Shown here in pieces: positions 30,943 to 40,456 of a DNA stretch of 64,000 nt. The stretch's first letter is position 1, and every line of letters begins with the position of its first letter. The translations under genes and the position numbers were made by a program. The stretch is from Candidatus Latescibacterota bacterium (lineage in GTDB: Bacteria; Latescibacterota; UBA2968), in contig OZ242311.1 of the NCBI GenBank assembly GCA_965207885.1, positions 5,824,001 to 5,888,000 on the forward strand, in the 5' to 3' direction. The notes below the pieces were generated by a model. It saw only the letters and a program-made list of their open reading frames with translations. It had not been told where the DNA came from and did not search any database.

Positions 30943-30960
30943 CCCTCCAATTGTGGCCCT

Positions 30961-31197
30961 TTACTTCAACAAGATAGCCGCCATAAGGGTAATCCAACTG
31001 CCGCACATAAGGGTGACAGTCCACTTTTGCCAGCTTCTCGCTTCTCGCTGGTCTTCCTCGTAGCGGCTTACAAAAGACCTCTGGTCTTCCTCATAGCGGT
31101 TTACACGTTCCTGGTTCTGTTCAATTAGCGTTTCCAACCTGATCAGCCGTTCCGCGTGTTGGCTTTGCCGGTCTCTCAATTCTGTAGTTTCGTTCAC
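30961..31197 (-). CDS. Small coiled-coil protein with C-terminal TM helix, paralog C (78 aa)
   Basis: GTG start after AAGGAG SD. Two RYEEDQR units. Tail WQKWTVTLMCGSWITLMAAILLK. Confidence 0.8.
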   Translation of the reverse strand: MNETTELRDRQSQHAERLIRLETLIEQNQERVNRYEEDQRSFVSRYEEDQREARSWQKWTVTLMCGSWITLMAAILLK

Positions 31198-31208
31198 GCA
31201 TTCTCCTT

Positions 31209-31478
31209 TTACTTCAACAAGATAGCCGCCATAAGTGTAATCCAACTGCCACACATGAGGGTGACAGTCCACTTTTGCCAGTTCCGCGCTTCCCTCTGGT
31301 CTTCCTCGTAGCGGCTTACAAAAGACCTCTGGTCTTCCTCATAACGGCTTACAAAAGACCTTTGGTCTTCCTCGTAACGGTTCACACGTTCCTGGTTCTG
31401 CTCAATTAGCGTTTCCAATCTGATCAGCCGTTCCGCGTGTTGGCCTTGCCGGTCTCTCAATTCTGTAACTTCGTTCAC
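31209..31478 (-). CDS. Small coiled-coil protein with C-terminal TM helix, paralog B (89 aa)
   Basis: GTG start after AAGGAG SD. Three RYEEDQR units. Same TM tail. Confidence 0.8.
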   Translation of the reverse strand: MNEVTELRDRQGQHAERLIRLETLIEQNQERVNRYEEDQRSFVSRYEEDQRSFVSRYEEDQREARNWQKWTVTLMCGSWITLMAAILLK

Positions 31479-31489
31479 ACATTCTCCTT

Positions 31490-31705
31490 TTACTTCAACA
31501 AGATAGCCGCCATAAGGGTAATCCAACTGCCGCACATGAGGGTGACAGTCCACTTTTGCCAGCTTCTCGCTTCTCGCTGGTCTTGTTCATAACGTTTCAC
31601 AAAATCCCGCTGGTCTTTGTCATATCGCTCAATCAGCGTTTCCAACTTGATCAGCCGTTCCGCGTGTTCGGTTTGCCTGCCTCTCAATTCTGTAGCTTCG
31701 TTCAT
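31490..31705 (-). CDS. Small coiled-coil protein with C-terminal TM helix, paralog A (71 aa)
   Basis: ATG start after AAGGAG SD. RYDKDQRDFVK-RYEQDQR. Same TM tail. Confidence 0.8.
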   Translation of the reverse strand: MNEATELRGRQTEHAERLIKLETLIERYDKDQRDFVKRYEQDQREARSWQKWTVTLMCGSWITLMAAILLK

Positions 31706-31773
31706 GCATTCTCCTTTTGTTACGTCCAAATCAGGCTATCCGTTTTTTGAACACACGCAACAGTCAGAACCTA

Positions 31774-31790
31774 AGCAAATATCGGGCCAA
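31774..31790 (-). promoter_or_regulatory. Sigma54 (-24/-12) promoter for the small-protein array
   Basis: Minus strand reads TTGGCCCGATATTTGCT = GG-N10-GC, close to consensus YTGGCACG-N4-TTGCW. A homologous copy is at 51025-51041. Confidence 0.75.
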
Positions 31791-31999
31791 AAATGCGATT
31801 ATCACAAAATTGAGTGATAAAAAGGGTCAAAAGAAGTTCATGCATCTCATTATGACTTCAATATGCAGTATTGCGGTCTTGTTTACAACTTGAATTTGTG
31901 GATCGCCTGTTGAAGCGGGGATGGAGGCGTGCAAGCGTTGGCGATGCGAGTGTATATTTTGAGCGATGGATGAGGGTTATGTTGAAAGATATGTTCCTT

Positions 32000-33169
32000 T
32001 CAAATCTCCATCACGGTCTGTGCTTCGATGCGATCCCTGTCGATTTTTCGCCCGAGTCCGGGTGTTTGCGGCACGTACATGTAGCCGTCTCGTACTTCTG
32101 TCGTTTCTTCGATCAAGCCAGCAAATGCCGACGCGAGGGATCTGTCTGCGCCCGTGGGTGGCCAGGCCGAGACTTCCCACCAGTCGTCGTTTCGGACTGC
32201 GGCTACGACGTGGGGATTTCCTCCGTGGCAGTTCAGTCCAAACATTTCCGCCAGGTTGGCCAATTTCATTTGTCCCGTGATGCCCAGTCCTGTTTGGCGC
32301 ACGATGTCGATGGCGCCGATTGACAGGTACGGTGCAGCGAGATAGGGGTTGCCCTGGATGGATTCCAGTGCCATTACCGGAAGGTCGATTGCGTCTGAGA
32401 GTCGCTTCAGGCCGTTGATGTCGAATTCCTGCAGGGGTTCTTCGATCCAGAGATAATTCAGTTCTTCGAGTCGGCGTCCGACTACGATCGCATCTTCGAC
32501 GGAGTATTGTTGTACGGGATCGTGCATGAGTACCATGTCGTCGCCGACGAGGTCCCGGATGTCTTTGGCGAGCGCGAGGTTGGTTTCCACGCCGAGCATG
32601 GAGTGGTCTTTGAAGCCTTTGTATCCTTCGTCAACAGCTCGTTGGGCGGATTTTAGCGTGTCTTCGTAGGGTATGCCGGTTTCGGTGAGGTAGGCGGGGA
32701 CGCGATTCCGAAAGCCGCCGAGCAATTTGTGGACGGGTAATTGTGCGTGAAGACCCGCCAGGTCCCAGAGGAGGGAGTCGATGAGGGCGAGCGGTGTGGT
32801 GGATGCCATGTGGAAATACCGCCGCGCCATCCACATTTTGTGCCACATATACTCCCGGTCCAGGGCGTCCGTGCCTGTGATTTCCGGTTCCCACTGTACT
32901 TTGAATGTGCGCGCCGCCCATTCGAGGTCTTCCTGTGCCCAGCCTGTGGAAAAAATACCGCAGGTTTCCAGGTTTGCATCTGTGCGGATGCGAAGCAGGG
33001 TGAGGTAAGCCGGTCTTTTTGTGAGCTGAATCCCCTCGCCTTGAAAGAGCCGATGACCAAATCGCACTTTGTGCGCGCCGGGATATTCCCGCATGGTGCG
33101 CAATGGTCGCCATTCCGGGGTTACGGGTTCGCTTTTCAGGATCAGAAAGTCGATTGCTTCAATTTTCAT
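32000..33169 (-). CDS. Mandelate racemase/enolase superfamily protein
   Basis: IDSLLWDLAG…LPVHKLLGG.R, GFKDH, LMHD, WIEEP, VPQTPGLG. Confidence 0.88.
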   Translation of the reverse strand: MKIEAIDFLILKSEPVTPEWRPLRTMREYPGAHKVRFGHRLFQGEGIQLTKRPAYLTLLRIRTDANLETCGIFSTGWAQEDLEWAARTFKVQWEPEITGTDALDREYMWHKMWMARRYFHMASTTPLALIDSLLWDLAGLHAQLPVHKLLGGFRNRVPAYLTETGIPYEDTLKSAQRAVDEGYKGFKDHSMLGVETNLALAKDIRDLVGDDMVLMHDPVQQYSVEDAIVVGRRLEELNYLWIEEPLQEFDINGLKRLSDAIDLPVMALESIQGNPYLAAPYLSIGAIDIVRQTGLGITGQMKLANLAEMFGLNCHGGNPHVVAAVRNDDWWEVSAWPPTGADRSLASAFAGLIEETTEVRDGYMYVPQTPGLGRKIDRDRIEAQTVMEI

Positions 33170-33181
33170 GGGGTTATCCTC

Positions 33182-33922
33182 CTATTTTCCTACTGAGCCG
33201 AAATATACGGCAAAATGTCCGACGCCGTCGAGTTTGAGTGCCCGATTTAATTCGTCGTCGTTGAATGCCGCACTGGTGCAGGCGCGGCAGTTTACAGCCA
33301 TGGCGCCCAGGTACAGGTTCTGTCCCACATGGCCGGCATCGAGGTGGATGTAGCGATATCCCCGGTCGCCGTAGCGCCAGGTCATTCGCGTGGCTACTGT
33401 TGTCCAGATGAATGTGGCGGCACTTGTCTGGATCAGTTCCGGTTGCAAGGTGGTGTTGGCAATTCTTTCGCCAATTTCGTCTGATTGGTCGATTATTCCC
33501 AGTTTGTGTCCCATAGATAGGTATCGATATAACCCGCGGCCCAGGCCTTCCACATTGTTCGCTACGATATAGGTTTCAAATGCGTGGCGCGCACCTGCCG
33601 ATGGTACGGTGCGAAATGTTTCGCCCTGTTCAAATTCTTTTACGCCCTGCGTTGCCCAGAGTAAGTAGGTTAGCTCATTCAGTGTGATGGGTTCATCGAA
33701 GAATACCCGCTCGCTTTTGCGCTCGTCTATGGCCTGGCGCAGGTCGATTTGCGTTGTTTCGATCTGCGCGGGTTCGGGCAGGTCTATTGTTTCGCCCCGG
33801 TAATGCAATTCGGGCATGGGCGGTGGTTCTCTGCGCGCCTGCCCGGTTGGGCCCAGGTTCTTAAACTGTGTGCGCCGCATAAATTCCGGTCCCGCTTGTG
33901 GTCGTCGTTTGCGTTTTGCCAT
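33182..33922 (-). CDS. SagB/ThcOx-family nitroreductase-like dehydrogenase
   Basis: RKSER.F, LLWATQG, RTVPSAGARH.FE.Y, YG.RGYRY..LDAGHVGQNLYL. Confidence 0.9.
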   Translation of the reverse strand: MAKRKRRPQAGPEFMRRTQFKNLGPTGQARREPPPMPELHYRGETIDLPEPAQIETTQIDLRQAIDERKSERVFFDEPITLNELTYLLWATQGVKEFEQGETFRTVPSAGARHAFETYIVANNVEGLGRGLYRYLSMGHKLGIIDQSDEIGERIANTTLQPELIQTSAATFIWTTVATRMTWRYGDRGYRYIHLDAGHVGQNLYLGAMAVNCRACTSAAFNDDELNRALKLDGVGHFAVYFGSVGK

Positions 33923-35512
33923 TTAATCTCCCTTCCCGTATGCGCCTATTGCTTTTAGGGCTTCTGTGCCCAGGCGATCTTCGAGTTGTTTTAAGTACAG
34001 ACTGCGCGGAACTACTTTTTGTCCGTGCGATTCCCAGTATCCATCTTTGCGTTTGTACCGTCCATCTCGTTTTTCGCCGATGCAGCCGATGGCGTAATTT
34101 TGCGATGTTGGGGGTTTTTGTAAGATAAAACTCTCTGCCTCGCAATTCCACAATACTTTTTGTGCGCCTGCCCAGCCGTGGCCGGTGCCCGAACTTTGCC
34201 GGTCCTGTACGTTGATGGCGTTGCCGTTTACGATTACGTTGTCAAATAGGGTGCAGACAGACCAGCGGTGATGGGGTCCGGTGTCGGAGTGCGCGATGTC
34301 CGCTACGCAATCCACGAATGCATTTGGTCCCGGTACGCGGGCGTGTAGTACATAATCGTGACGACCGCGTCGGGTATAACACCGTTGTACGAGGGATAAT
34401 TGTCCGTAGATGGGGAAGGAGTAGCGCCGCGATCCGGTGATTTTTGATACGGGGTCGAGGCACTGACTATCCTGTACGGTCATCCATTTTGCCTGGTTGC
34501 CAATGGTTACACACGCATAGCCAAAGTGGATCGAGGTGATGTCGCGCGCCCAGGCATTTTGTACATAGGAGAATACGACGAAGTTCCAGGCGTGGTCTTC
34601 GTCGATGTATTCGTTTTCTCGCCGAGGATCTTTTTTGCGGTTGTCAAATTCCGATACACCGCGCAAGTTTTCGATGCCGACCTGTTCAATGCGCCCGGGG
34701 TATTCGTATTTGTAAATCGATCCGCCGCCGTATTCGCGTTCTATCGCGTTGCCCATTGGTGCGTCGATTGTTATCTGGTTGCCTTTTATGGCTGTTATGG
34801 TGCGGTCAAAGAGGAAGTCGTAGGAGCCGGGTTTCCATTGCCGAACGCCGGGGTGTTTCATTTCTATGCGGTCCATGCCTATGGTTGCGATCCACTTTGC
34901 GGTGCTGGGGCGATGTACGATGATCGCGTCGCCTGGTGCGAAATTCGAAGCATCTTCTATAGAAAATATTTTTGCGCCTACGGGGACGTAGTTATCTACG
35001 ATTTTCTGTCGCGTGTTTTCTATTTCTCGCGGTCTGCGTCCCTGGCCTTTAAATTCGATCAATGTGCGCTTTCCTTTTCCCGTTGCGATCAATGCTGTGC
35101 CGTTTTCACCTTCGCCCTGACCGCGGAGTACGACGCCGCTTGTCCGAATGTGCAGGGTTCCACCAATGCGATATTTTCCGCGTTTGAGTAATAAGGTTCC
35201 GCGAAATCCATTGGCGTCCGGTGCGCGCGCAGATAGGTCGTCAATTGCCGCTTGCAATCGCGCTGTGTCGTCTCCTTCGGCCTGGGGGCGAACGGTCAAT
35301 ACGACGGGTATATCTGGCAGTGCCACACCGCCACCCATGTACCCGCAGTGCGAGAAGTCCGGGATTATATTGCCCTTTTCATCCGGTACATAGACCAGCC
35401 GTCCGTCAGGTCCCGGATATACCAATTTGCTGTGGTTTCCTTCTGCCCACGCGGTTGTGGCGCAGGAGATTAATACGCAGAGTACGACGATAAAGCTCAG
35501 TAGATCAATCAT
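33923..35512 (-). CDS. Secreted beta-helix (pectate-lyase-3-like) glycan-active protein
   Basis: Signal peptide. IPDFS.CGY.GG, DDTARLQAAID, LLL..GKY.I…VVLRG.G, SGTGHGWAGA, PRSLY..QL. Confidence 0.7.
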   Translation of the reverse strand: MIDLLSFIVVLCVLISCATTAWAEGNHSKLVYPGPDGRLVYVPDEKGNIIPDFSHCGYMGGGVALPDIPVVLTVRPQAEGDDTARLQAAIDDLSARAPDANGFRGTLLLKRGKYRIGGTLHIRTSGVVLRGQGEGENGTALIATGKGKRTLIEFKGQGRRPREIENTRQKIVDNYVPVGAKIFSIEDASNFAPGDAIIVHRPSTAKWIATIGMDRIEMKHPGVRQWKPGSYDFLFDRTITAIKGNQITIDAPMGNAIEREYGGGSIYKYEYPGRIEQVGIENLRGVSEFDNRKKDPRRENEYIDEDHAWNFVVFSYVQNAWARDITSIHFGYACVTIGNQAKWMTVQDSQCLDPVSKITGSRRYSFPIYGQLSLVQRCYTRRGRHDYVLHARVPGPNAFVDCVADIAHSDTGPHHRWSVCTLFDNVIVNGNAINVQDRQSSGTGHGWAGAQKVLWNCEAESFILQKPPTSQNYAIGCIGEKRDGRYKRKDGYWESHGQKVVPRSLYLKQLEDRLGTEALKAIGAYGKGD

Positions 35513-35524
35513 GAGATCTCCTTT

Positions 35525-35980
35525 TTATGTTATATCTCCATATCGCGGCAGTGTGTCTATAAAGCGATATGCGTTGTTTTTTCGATCAATTGCGCAGCAA
35601 TAATGTTGCAGGCCATTCGTCACTATGAGATAGGTGGCCTGTACGACTGTATTGTATCGCCCAATCTGGTCAAAGACCTGTTGGGTGATTTTTATTTCGG
35701 GGGCTTTGCATTCTGCCATTAGAAGTGCTTTTCCTTTTGCGTCATATACGAGTACATCGGCGCGACACTGCATGCCCTGAAATACAAATCCGGTTTCGAT
35801 TGCGGTGCGTCCATGTGGGTAGCCCAGTCCTTCAATTAAATACCGGACAAAATTCTGGCGCACCCATTCTTCAGGGGTTAATACCACGTATTTTTGACGG
35901 AGAGGATCTAAGATCATTTCGCTTCCGTCGCGATTTGCAATATCAAATGTGGATGAGATTGGGAAGTTCAATTTTTGCAT
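35525..35980 (-). CDS. Stand-alone type I restriction enzyme HsdR N-terminal-domain protein
   Basis: DPLRQKYVVLTPEEWVRQ, RADVLVY, ECKAP, Q..RYN, TNGL.H. Confidence 0.85.
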   Translation of the reverse strand: MQKLNFPISSTFDIANRDGSEMILDPLRQKYVVLTPEEWVRQNFVRYLIEGLGYPHGRTAIETGFVFQGMQCRADVLVYDAKGKALLMAECKAPEIKITQQVFDQIGRYNTVVQATYLIVTNGLQHYCCAIDRKNNAYRFIDTLPRYGDIT

Positions 35981-35985
35981 GGTGT

Positions 35986-37257
35986 TTATTCTCTCAATGC
36001 CACGATGGGGGCGAGTGAGGCGGCTTTGCGGGCGGGCAAGAGGGCGAATGCGAAGCACAGGCCTACAGATGCGAGAGAGATACATACAAAATCAATGGCG
36101 AGCATTTTTACGGGCAATGCCTGGATGATGTAAATTTGACCGGGGAGTTTGATCCATTCAAAGGTTTGTTGCGACCAGCACAGGAGATAGCCAATTGCAT
36201 TGCCAAAGACGACGCCCGTCAGGCCAACGCCCAGGCCCTTGAGTGTGAAGATTTTGCCAATTGCACGCGGTGTTGCGCCCATTGCTTTTAATATGCCGAT
36301 GTCGCGCTGTCTGTCGCCTACTGTCATGGTCAAAATGCTGACGATATTGAATCCGGCTACCATTACGATGAGACACAGTACCAGGGAGCTAAACCATTTT
36401 TCCAGACGGATGGATGCATACAGATTGCGGTGTGTGTCCATCCAGGTTATGACGTCAAAATCCGTTCCTATGGGAAGGGTGGGTGCGATGTGATGTGCTT
36501 CAAATGGCTCGGCGAGCCGAATCTGGATGCCCGAGATCTGATCGCGCCACCCCAGGTCACGTTGTGCCGCTTCGAGCGATACAAAAGCGAGTGCGGAGTC
36601 GAGTTCATCCAGTCCGGTGTGAAAGATGGCTGTTACTTTGTAGGGCCATAATTGCGGTTGTTGTCCCATTAAGACTTCTTTGGGGACCAGTCCCAGCATG
36701 ATTTCGGTGCCGATTACTGCGCCGAGCCGGTCTGCGAGTACGCGTCCAATGGCCGTGCCATATATTTTGGCGCGTCTGGTAGCGCGCGCGTCCTGATCGG
36801 GGTCGGGTGGTTGAATGTTCAGGTCGAGGTCGCCTGCCCATAAATATGCATTCAGGTCTGTAATTTTTGCGAGTTGCGCGGCGTCTATTCCCCGCACGGC
36901 TACGCCAGCCTGGATCATTTCGCCGCCAGGGGGTCGCCGGAGCGCAAATCCTTCGGTCGATACAAAAGGTGCTGCTGCGCGTACAGAGGCCAATTTTTCT
37001 AATTGTTCGATTTGTTCTTCGTTGGGCGGCATGGGCTGTGCATGGGGTTTTTGTACGACGATATGCGGGCTTACGCTCAACAGGCTGTCCCACAATAATG
37101 CCGAAAAGCCGTTGAAAACGGACAGGACAATGACGAGGGCGGCAACGCCAATGGTTACGCCTGTAATAGCTATGGCTGCGGTAAACGATATCTGACGCTG
37201 CTGGCGCATGGCGCGCATGAGTCGCCGCGCGATGAAGTATTCATAGGTATTATTCAT
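35986..37257 (-). CDS. Lipoprotein-releasing ABC permease (LolC/E family)
   Basis: GV.IGVAALVIVLSVFNGF, VAGFNIVS.L.M.V…DIGILKAMGA, PARKAASL.P..ALR. Confidence 0.9.
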   Translation of the reverse strand: MNNTYEYFIARRLMRAMRQQRQISFTAAIAITGVTIGVAALVIVLSVFNGFSALLWDSLLSVSPHIVVQKPHAQPMPPNEEQIEQLEKLASVRAAAPFVSTEGFALRRPPGGEMIQAGVAVRGIDAAQLAKITDLNAYLWAGDLDLNIQPPDPDQDARATRRAKIYGTAIGRVLADRLGAVIGTEIMLGLVPKEVLMGQQPQLWPYKVTAIFHTGLDELDSALAFVSLEAAQRDLGWRDQISGIQIRLAEPFEAHHIAPTLPIGTDFDVITWMDTHRNLYASIRLEKWFSSLVLCLIVMVAGFNIVSILTMTVGDRQRDIGILKAMGATPRAIGKIFTLKGLGVGLTGVVFGNAIGYLLCWSQQTFEWIKLPGQIYIIQALPVKMLAIDFVCISLASVGLCFAFALLPARKAASLAPIVALRE

Positions 37258-38479
37258 ATCTAATGGATTCTACGGGGTCCAGTGTTGCCGCTCGTTTTGC
37301 GGGCCAGCGAGCAAATACGAGGCATAGTAACAATGCCAGTGCAGAGGTCATCGCGAAGTCCCCTATGTTTATGGTTACGGGGAGGGCGTTGATGAAATAA
37401 ACATCGCCGGAAAGCGATATGGGCGCATAGACTTTTTGTATCCAGCACAGGCCCCCGCCCAGTATGTTGCCCAATAATACACCACTCGCTCCGATTATCA
37501 GGCCTTCACGGGAAAAAATTTGGGCGATGCTTTTGGGTGCTGCTCCCATTGCTTTTAAGATGCCAATTTCGCGTCTGCGCTCATTTACGGTCATGGTTAG
37601 TATGCTGATGATGTTGAATCCCGCGACGACCACGATCAAGCTCAAGACCACAAAACTCGCCCATTTTTGCAACTGGATCCACGCGTACAGATTGCCCTGG
37701 GCATACATCCACGATGTGGGGAACATATCGGAATACGTTGCCGCCAATGTCTCTCGCAATTCAACGCTGACGCGATCGGCTTCAAATGCATTGACGAGGC
37801 GTACTTGAATGCCCGTTGCCAGGTCGCCCCATTGCAGGTCCCGTTGTGCAGCCGAGAGGGATACGTAGATTAGTGAGGCGTCAAATTCGTAAAATCCCGT
37901 TTCAAAAATGCCGGTTATCACATATTGTCGAAGGGGGGGTATGTTGGTGAGGTCTTTAGGGGCGGCCAGCAGGCGAATTTTTGATCCCACGGAGGCACCC
38001 AATTTTTCGGCGAGTGTTTTGCCTATTGCGATTCCAAAGGTATTGCCTTCAATGTGGGTTAATTCCATTTTCCCTTCGGTTATGTGATGGGCGATGTCGC
38101 TGCTTTTCACAATGCCATCTACGCCCCGCACCAATACGCCCGATGTGACAGTGCCCACATCTTTGACCCTGCTCAGTACATAACCTTCTGTTTCTATGAC
38201 GGGATTGGCGCCGACTACTTCGGGATGTTTTTCGAGCAATTGGACGATGGGTGCGTAATTTTCTATGCGTTCGCTGTACGGGCGCCGCACGGTTATATGG
38301 GGATTGATGCCTACCTGGCGGTCAAAGATCATGTCTGCATAGCCATTCATTACCGATAGGGTGATGACGAGTGCCCCAACGCCCAGCCCGACACCGATGA
38401 TGGCAATGATTGTGGTTAATCCCATGCGACGACCAACGCTGAAGAGGTGTCGTCTGATTATGATCCATTCATAGCCCAT
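37250..38479 (-). CDS. Lipoprotein-releasing ABC permease (LolC/E family)
   Basis: GVGALVITLSVMNG, FETG.YEFD, VAGFNIIS, EIGILKAMGA, PAKRAA.LDPVE.IRYE. Confidence 0.9.
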   Translation of the reverse strand: MGYEWIIIRRHLFSVGRRMGLTTIIAIIGVGLGVGALVITLSVMNGYADMIFDRQVGINPHITVRRPYSERIENYAPIVQLLEKHPEVVGANPVIETEGYVLSRVKDVGTVTSGVLVRGVDGIVKSSDIAHHITEGKMELTHIEGNTFGIAIGKTLAEKLGASVGSKIRLLAAPKDLTNIPPLRQYVITGIFETGFYEFDASLIYVSLSAAQRDLQWGDLATGIQVRLVNAFEADRVSVELRETLAATYSDMFPTSWMYAQGNLYAWIQLQKWASFVVLSLIVVVAGFNIISILTMTVNERRREIGILKAMGAAPKSIAQIFSREGLIIGASGVLLGNILGGGLCWIQKVYAPISLSGDVYFINALPVTINIGDFAMTSALALLLCLVFARWPAKRAATLDPVESIRYE

Positions 38480-38579
38480 TGACGGCCTTTACAGGTGAGA
38501 TACAAAAAATCCCGATTCGAAAACACATCGGTGTTTAGAATCAGGATGTTTTTGCATTGTGATGCCCGGGTTGAGGCTT

Positions 38580-39329
38580 TTACAAATTGTTTTTTTCCAG
38601 CGAGATGAGCTTGTCTCTCAACCGAGCCGCTTGTTCATATCGCTCTTCGGCAATGGCTTTTTGGAGTTTTTGTGCCAGTTTTTGTTGCAAGGTGATTGGA
38701 CGATCGCGTTCTATTTCTTCGGCCCATTCCGAGAGGGCTTCGATTTCTTCGTCTGCTTCAATGCCGGAATTTGCCATACATGTTTGAATTTTGTCGATTC
38801 CGTTTTCAATGTGATTCAGGGCACCGGAATGATCGCCTTTTTGCAAACAGACTTCACCTCGCGCACGGGTGTGTATCATGAGTACGTAAGGCCGATAGTG
38901 TTCAAATATTTCCCGGTCTTGTTCATTTTTGGCATAAGCCCGCACGAGATCCAGTAGTGCCAGATTGTGGGCGGTGTCGCGCGCGACTGCTTCAAAATCG
39001 CCCAATCGCATCAGACAGACATAGCGGTGATAAAATAACAATCCCTCTTGACTCAATTCGAGGCACGCCTCTCTGTCGAGATAAAAGTTTTCATCTGTGC
39101 CAGATTGCGCTTGTTCGGCTTCGAGCTGGTCTAAATAGTATTCGAGCAATGAAAAATGGCCGTGCGGACGCGTTCCGTCGGGCCGATCATTTAACTCCAT
39201 TTGCATTACGCCCAGATCCAGGCGTACTTGCAATTTTTTCCGTCCGTCCAGGCCCTGAATTTTGCGTACACAAATATCAGTGGGGTCATAATCCCAGTTC
39301 GACAAAAATGGGTTGAGGTCGCGTCTCAT
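38580..39329 (-). CDS. UvrB/UvrC (UVR) motif-containing conserved protein
   Basis: LQVRLDLGVMQME…RPDG.RPHG. C-terminal LQKAIAEERYEQAARLRDKL. Confidence 0.8.
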   Translation of the reverse strand: MRRDLNPFLSNWDYDPTDICVRKIQGLDGRKKLQVRLDLGVMQMELNDRPDGTRPHGHFSLLEYYLDQLEAEQAQSGTDENFYLDREACLELSQEGLLFYHRYVCLMRLGDFEAVARDTAHNLALLDLVRAYAKNEQDREIFEHYRPYVLMIHTRARGEVCLQKGDHSGALNHIENGIDKIQTCMANSGIEADEEIEALSEWAEEIERDRPITLQQKLAQKLQKAIAEERYEQAARLRDKLISLEKNNL

Positions 39330-39486
39330 TATTTTTCCTTTTTTTAGTCAGTCTGTAAATGTCGGGGAAATATGGAGAAAACCCCGTTAAATGTCAACCC
39401 GTTTGCAAAGGCTGCGGCGCTTGACAAGTACATCTGGCGGGCGTTATTTTGGGGCGTCCATTACAGTGAGAAGGCTCTGAGTAGCT

Positions 39487-40452
39487 ATGTCTAAATCTGA
39501 TAATGAAGGTACTGTTATCCGCCATCACCTCGGCAATTATGTCGTCCAGACCGCCGATCGCGTGGTGATGTGCGCGCTTTCGACTCGTTTGCGGAAACAG
39601 CTCGAATATCCCGAAGCTGCGCCGGGTTCGCGCCGCCGCCGCGTGCAGTCGGTCAGGCGGGTGCGCGTGATTGATCCGGTTGCGGTTGGGGATCGCGTGA
39701 TTTTTTCTGAGGGTGCCGATAATAGGGGTATGATTCGCGAGGTGTGTCCCCGCAGTAATAAGGTTTCTCGGCGCGCGTCTGGCGGATCTTATAGAGAGCA
39801 GCTTTTAGCTGCCAATATCGATCAGGTTGTTCCCATTGTGTCTGCGGGTGAGCCAGATCCGGATTGGATTTTGCTGGATCGCATGTTGGGTATTGCAGAG
39901 TGGCAGCAAATACCGGTGTCACTGTGTCTCAATAAGCTCGATCTCGCCGATGAGGCCTGGGCAGATCGGGTTATGCGTCCGTACAGGGCAATGGGATATC
40001 CCGTGGTTTATACCAGTATTATTTCCGATGCGGGTAGAGAGGTGTTTTTCGATCTTCTGCGCGGGAAGATTACCCTTTTTATGGGGGCTTCCGGCGTTGG
40101 AAAGTCGAGTTTGCTCAATTGGTTGCAACCGGGATTGCAATTGCGTACAGGACCTGTTAGCAAGGCTACGGGCGAGGGCATACATACGACGACCCATACG
40201 GAATTGGTCGCGCTTGATGGGGGAGGGTTTGTCGGCGATATGCCCGGTGTTCGAGAGTTTTATCTGTACGATATAAGTCCCGAAGATGTTCCCGTTCTTT
40301 TTAGAGATTTTCACCCGTTTCTCGGCGGTTGTCGGTTTCGGGATTGCTCGCATGTCCACGAACCCGATTGTGCGGTGAGGGCGGCTGTGGATGATGGGGA
40401 GATCGCGCTTCAACGCTACGAGAGTTATCTGAGGCTGCGAGAGAGGCCGTAG
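39487..40452 (+). CDS. rsgA: Ribosome small subunit-dependent GTPase A
   Basis: AVGD.V, ANID, NKLD, GASGVGKSSL, G.HTTT, D.PG, C.FRDC.H..EP.C. Confidence 0.95.
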   Translation: MSKSDNEGTVIRHHLGNYVVQTADRVVMCALSTRLRKQLEYPEAAPGSRRRRVQSVRRVRVIDPVAVGDRVIFSEGADNRGMIREVCPRSNKVSRRASGGSYREQLLAANIDQVVPIVSAGEPDPDWILLDRMLGIAEWQQIPVSLCLNKLDLADEAWADRVMRPYRAMGYPVVYTSIISDAGREVFFDLLRGKITLFMGASGVGKSSLLNWLQPGLQLRTGPVSKATGEGIHTTTHTELVALDGGGFVGDMPGVREFYLYDISPEDVPVLFRDFHPFLGGCRFRDCSHVHEPDCAVRAAVDDGEIALQRYESYLRLRERP

Positions 40453-40456
40453 GTAT

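Larger units (their letters stand above)
30961..31716 (-). repeat. Tandem gene-sized repeat, 3 units (248, 281, 227 bp)
   Basis: Units start TTACTTCAACAAGATAGCCGCCATAAG at 30961, 31209 and 31490. Lengths differ by 33 and 21 bp in-frame indels. Confidence 0.95.

Noticed and set aside
30961-31716. Tandem repeats as CRISPR or non-coding VNTR
   Set aside because: The units are complete ORFs with SD sites, in-frame indels and synonymous variation.
33182-33922. SagB-like gene as a RiPP (TOMM) cluster, with the microproteins as precursors
   Set aside because: No YcaO/cyclodehydratase is present, and the small proteins lack Cys/Ser/Thr-rich cores.
35525-35980. HsdR_N gene as part of a type I R-M system
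   Set aside because: No hsdM/hsdS or helicase domain nearby. Stand-alone genes of this kind are common in housekeeping context.
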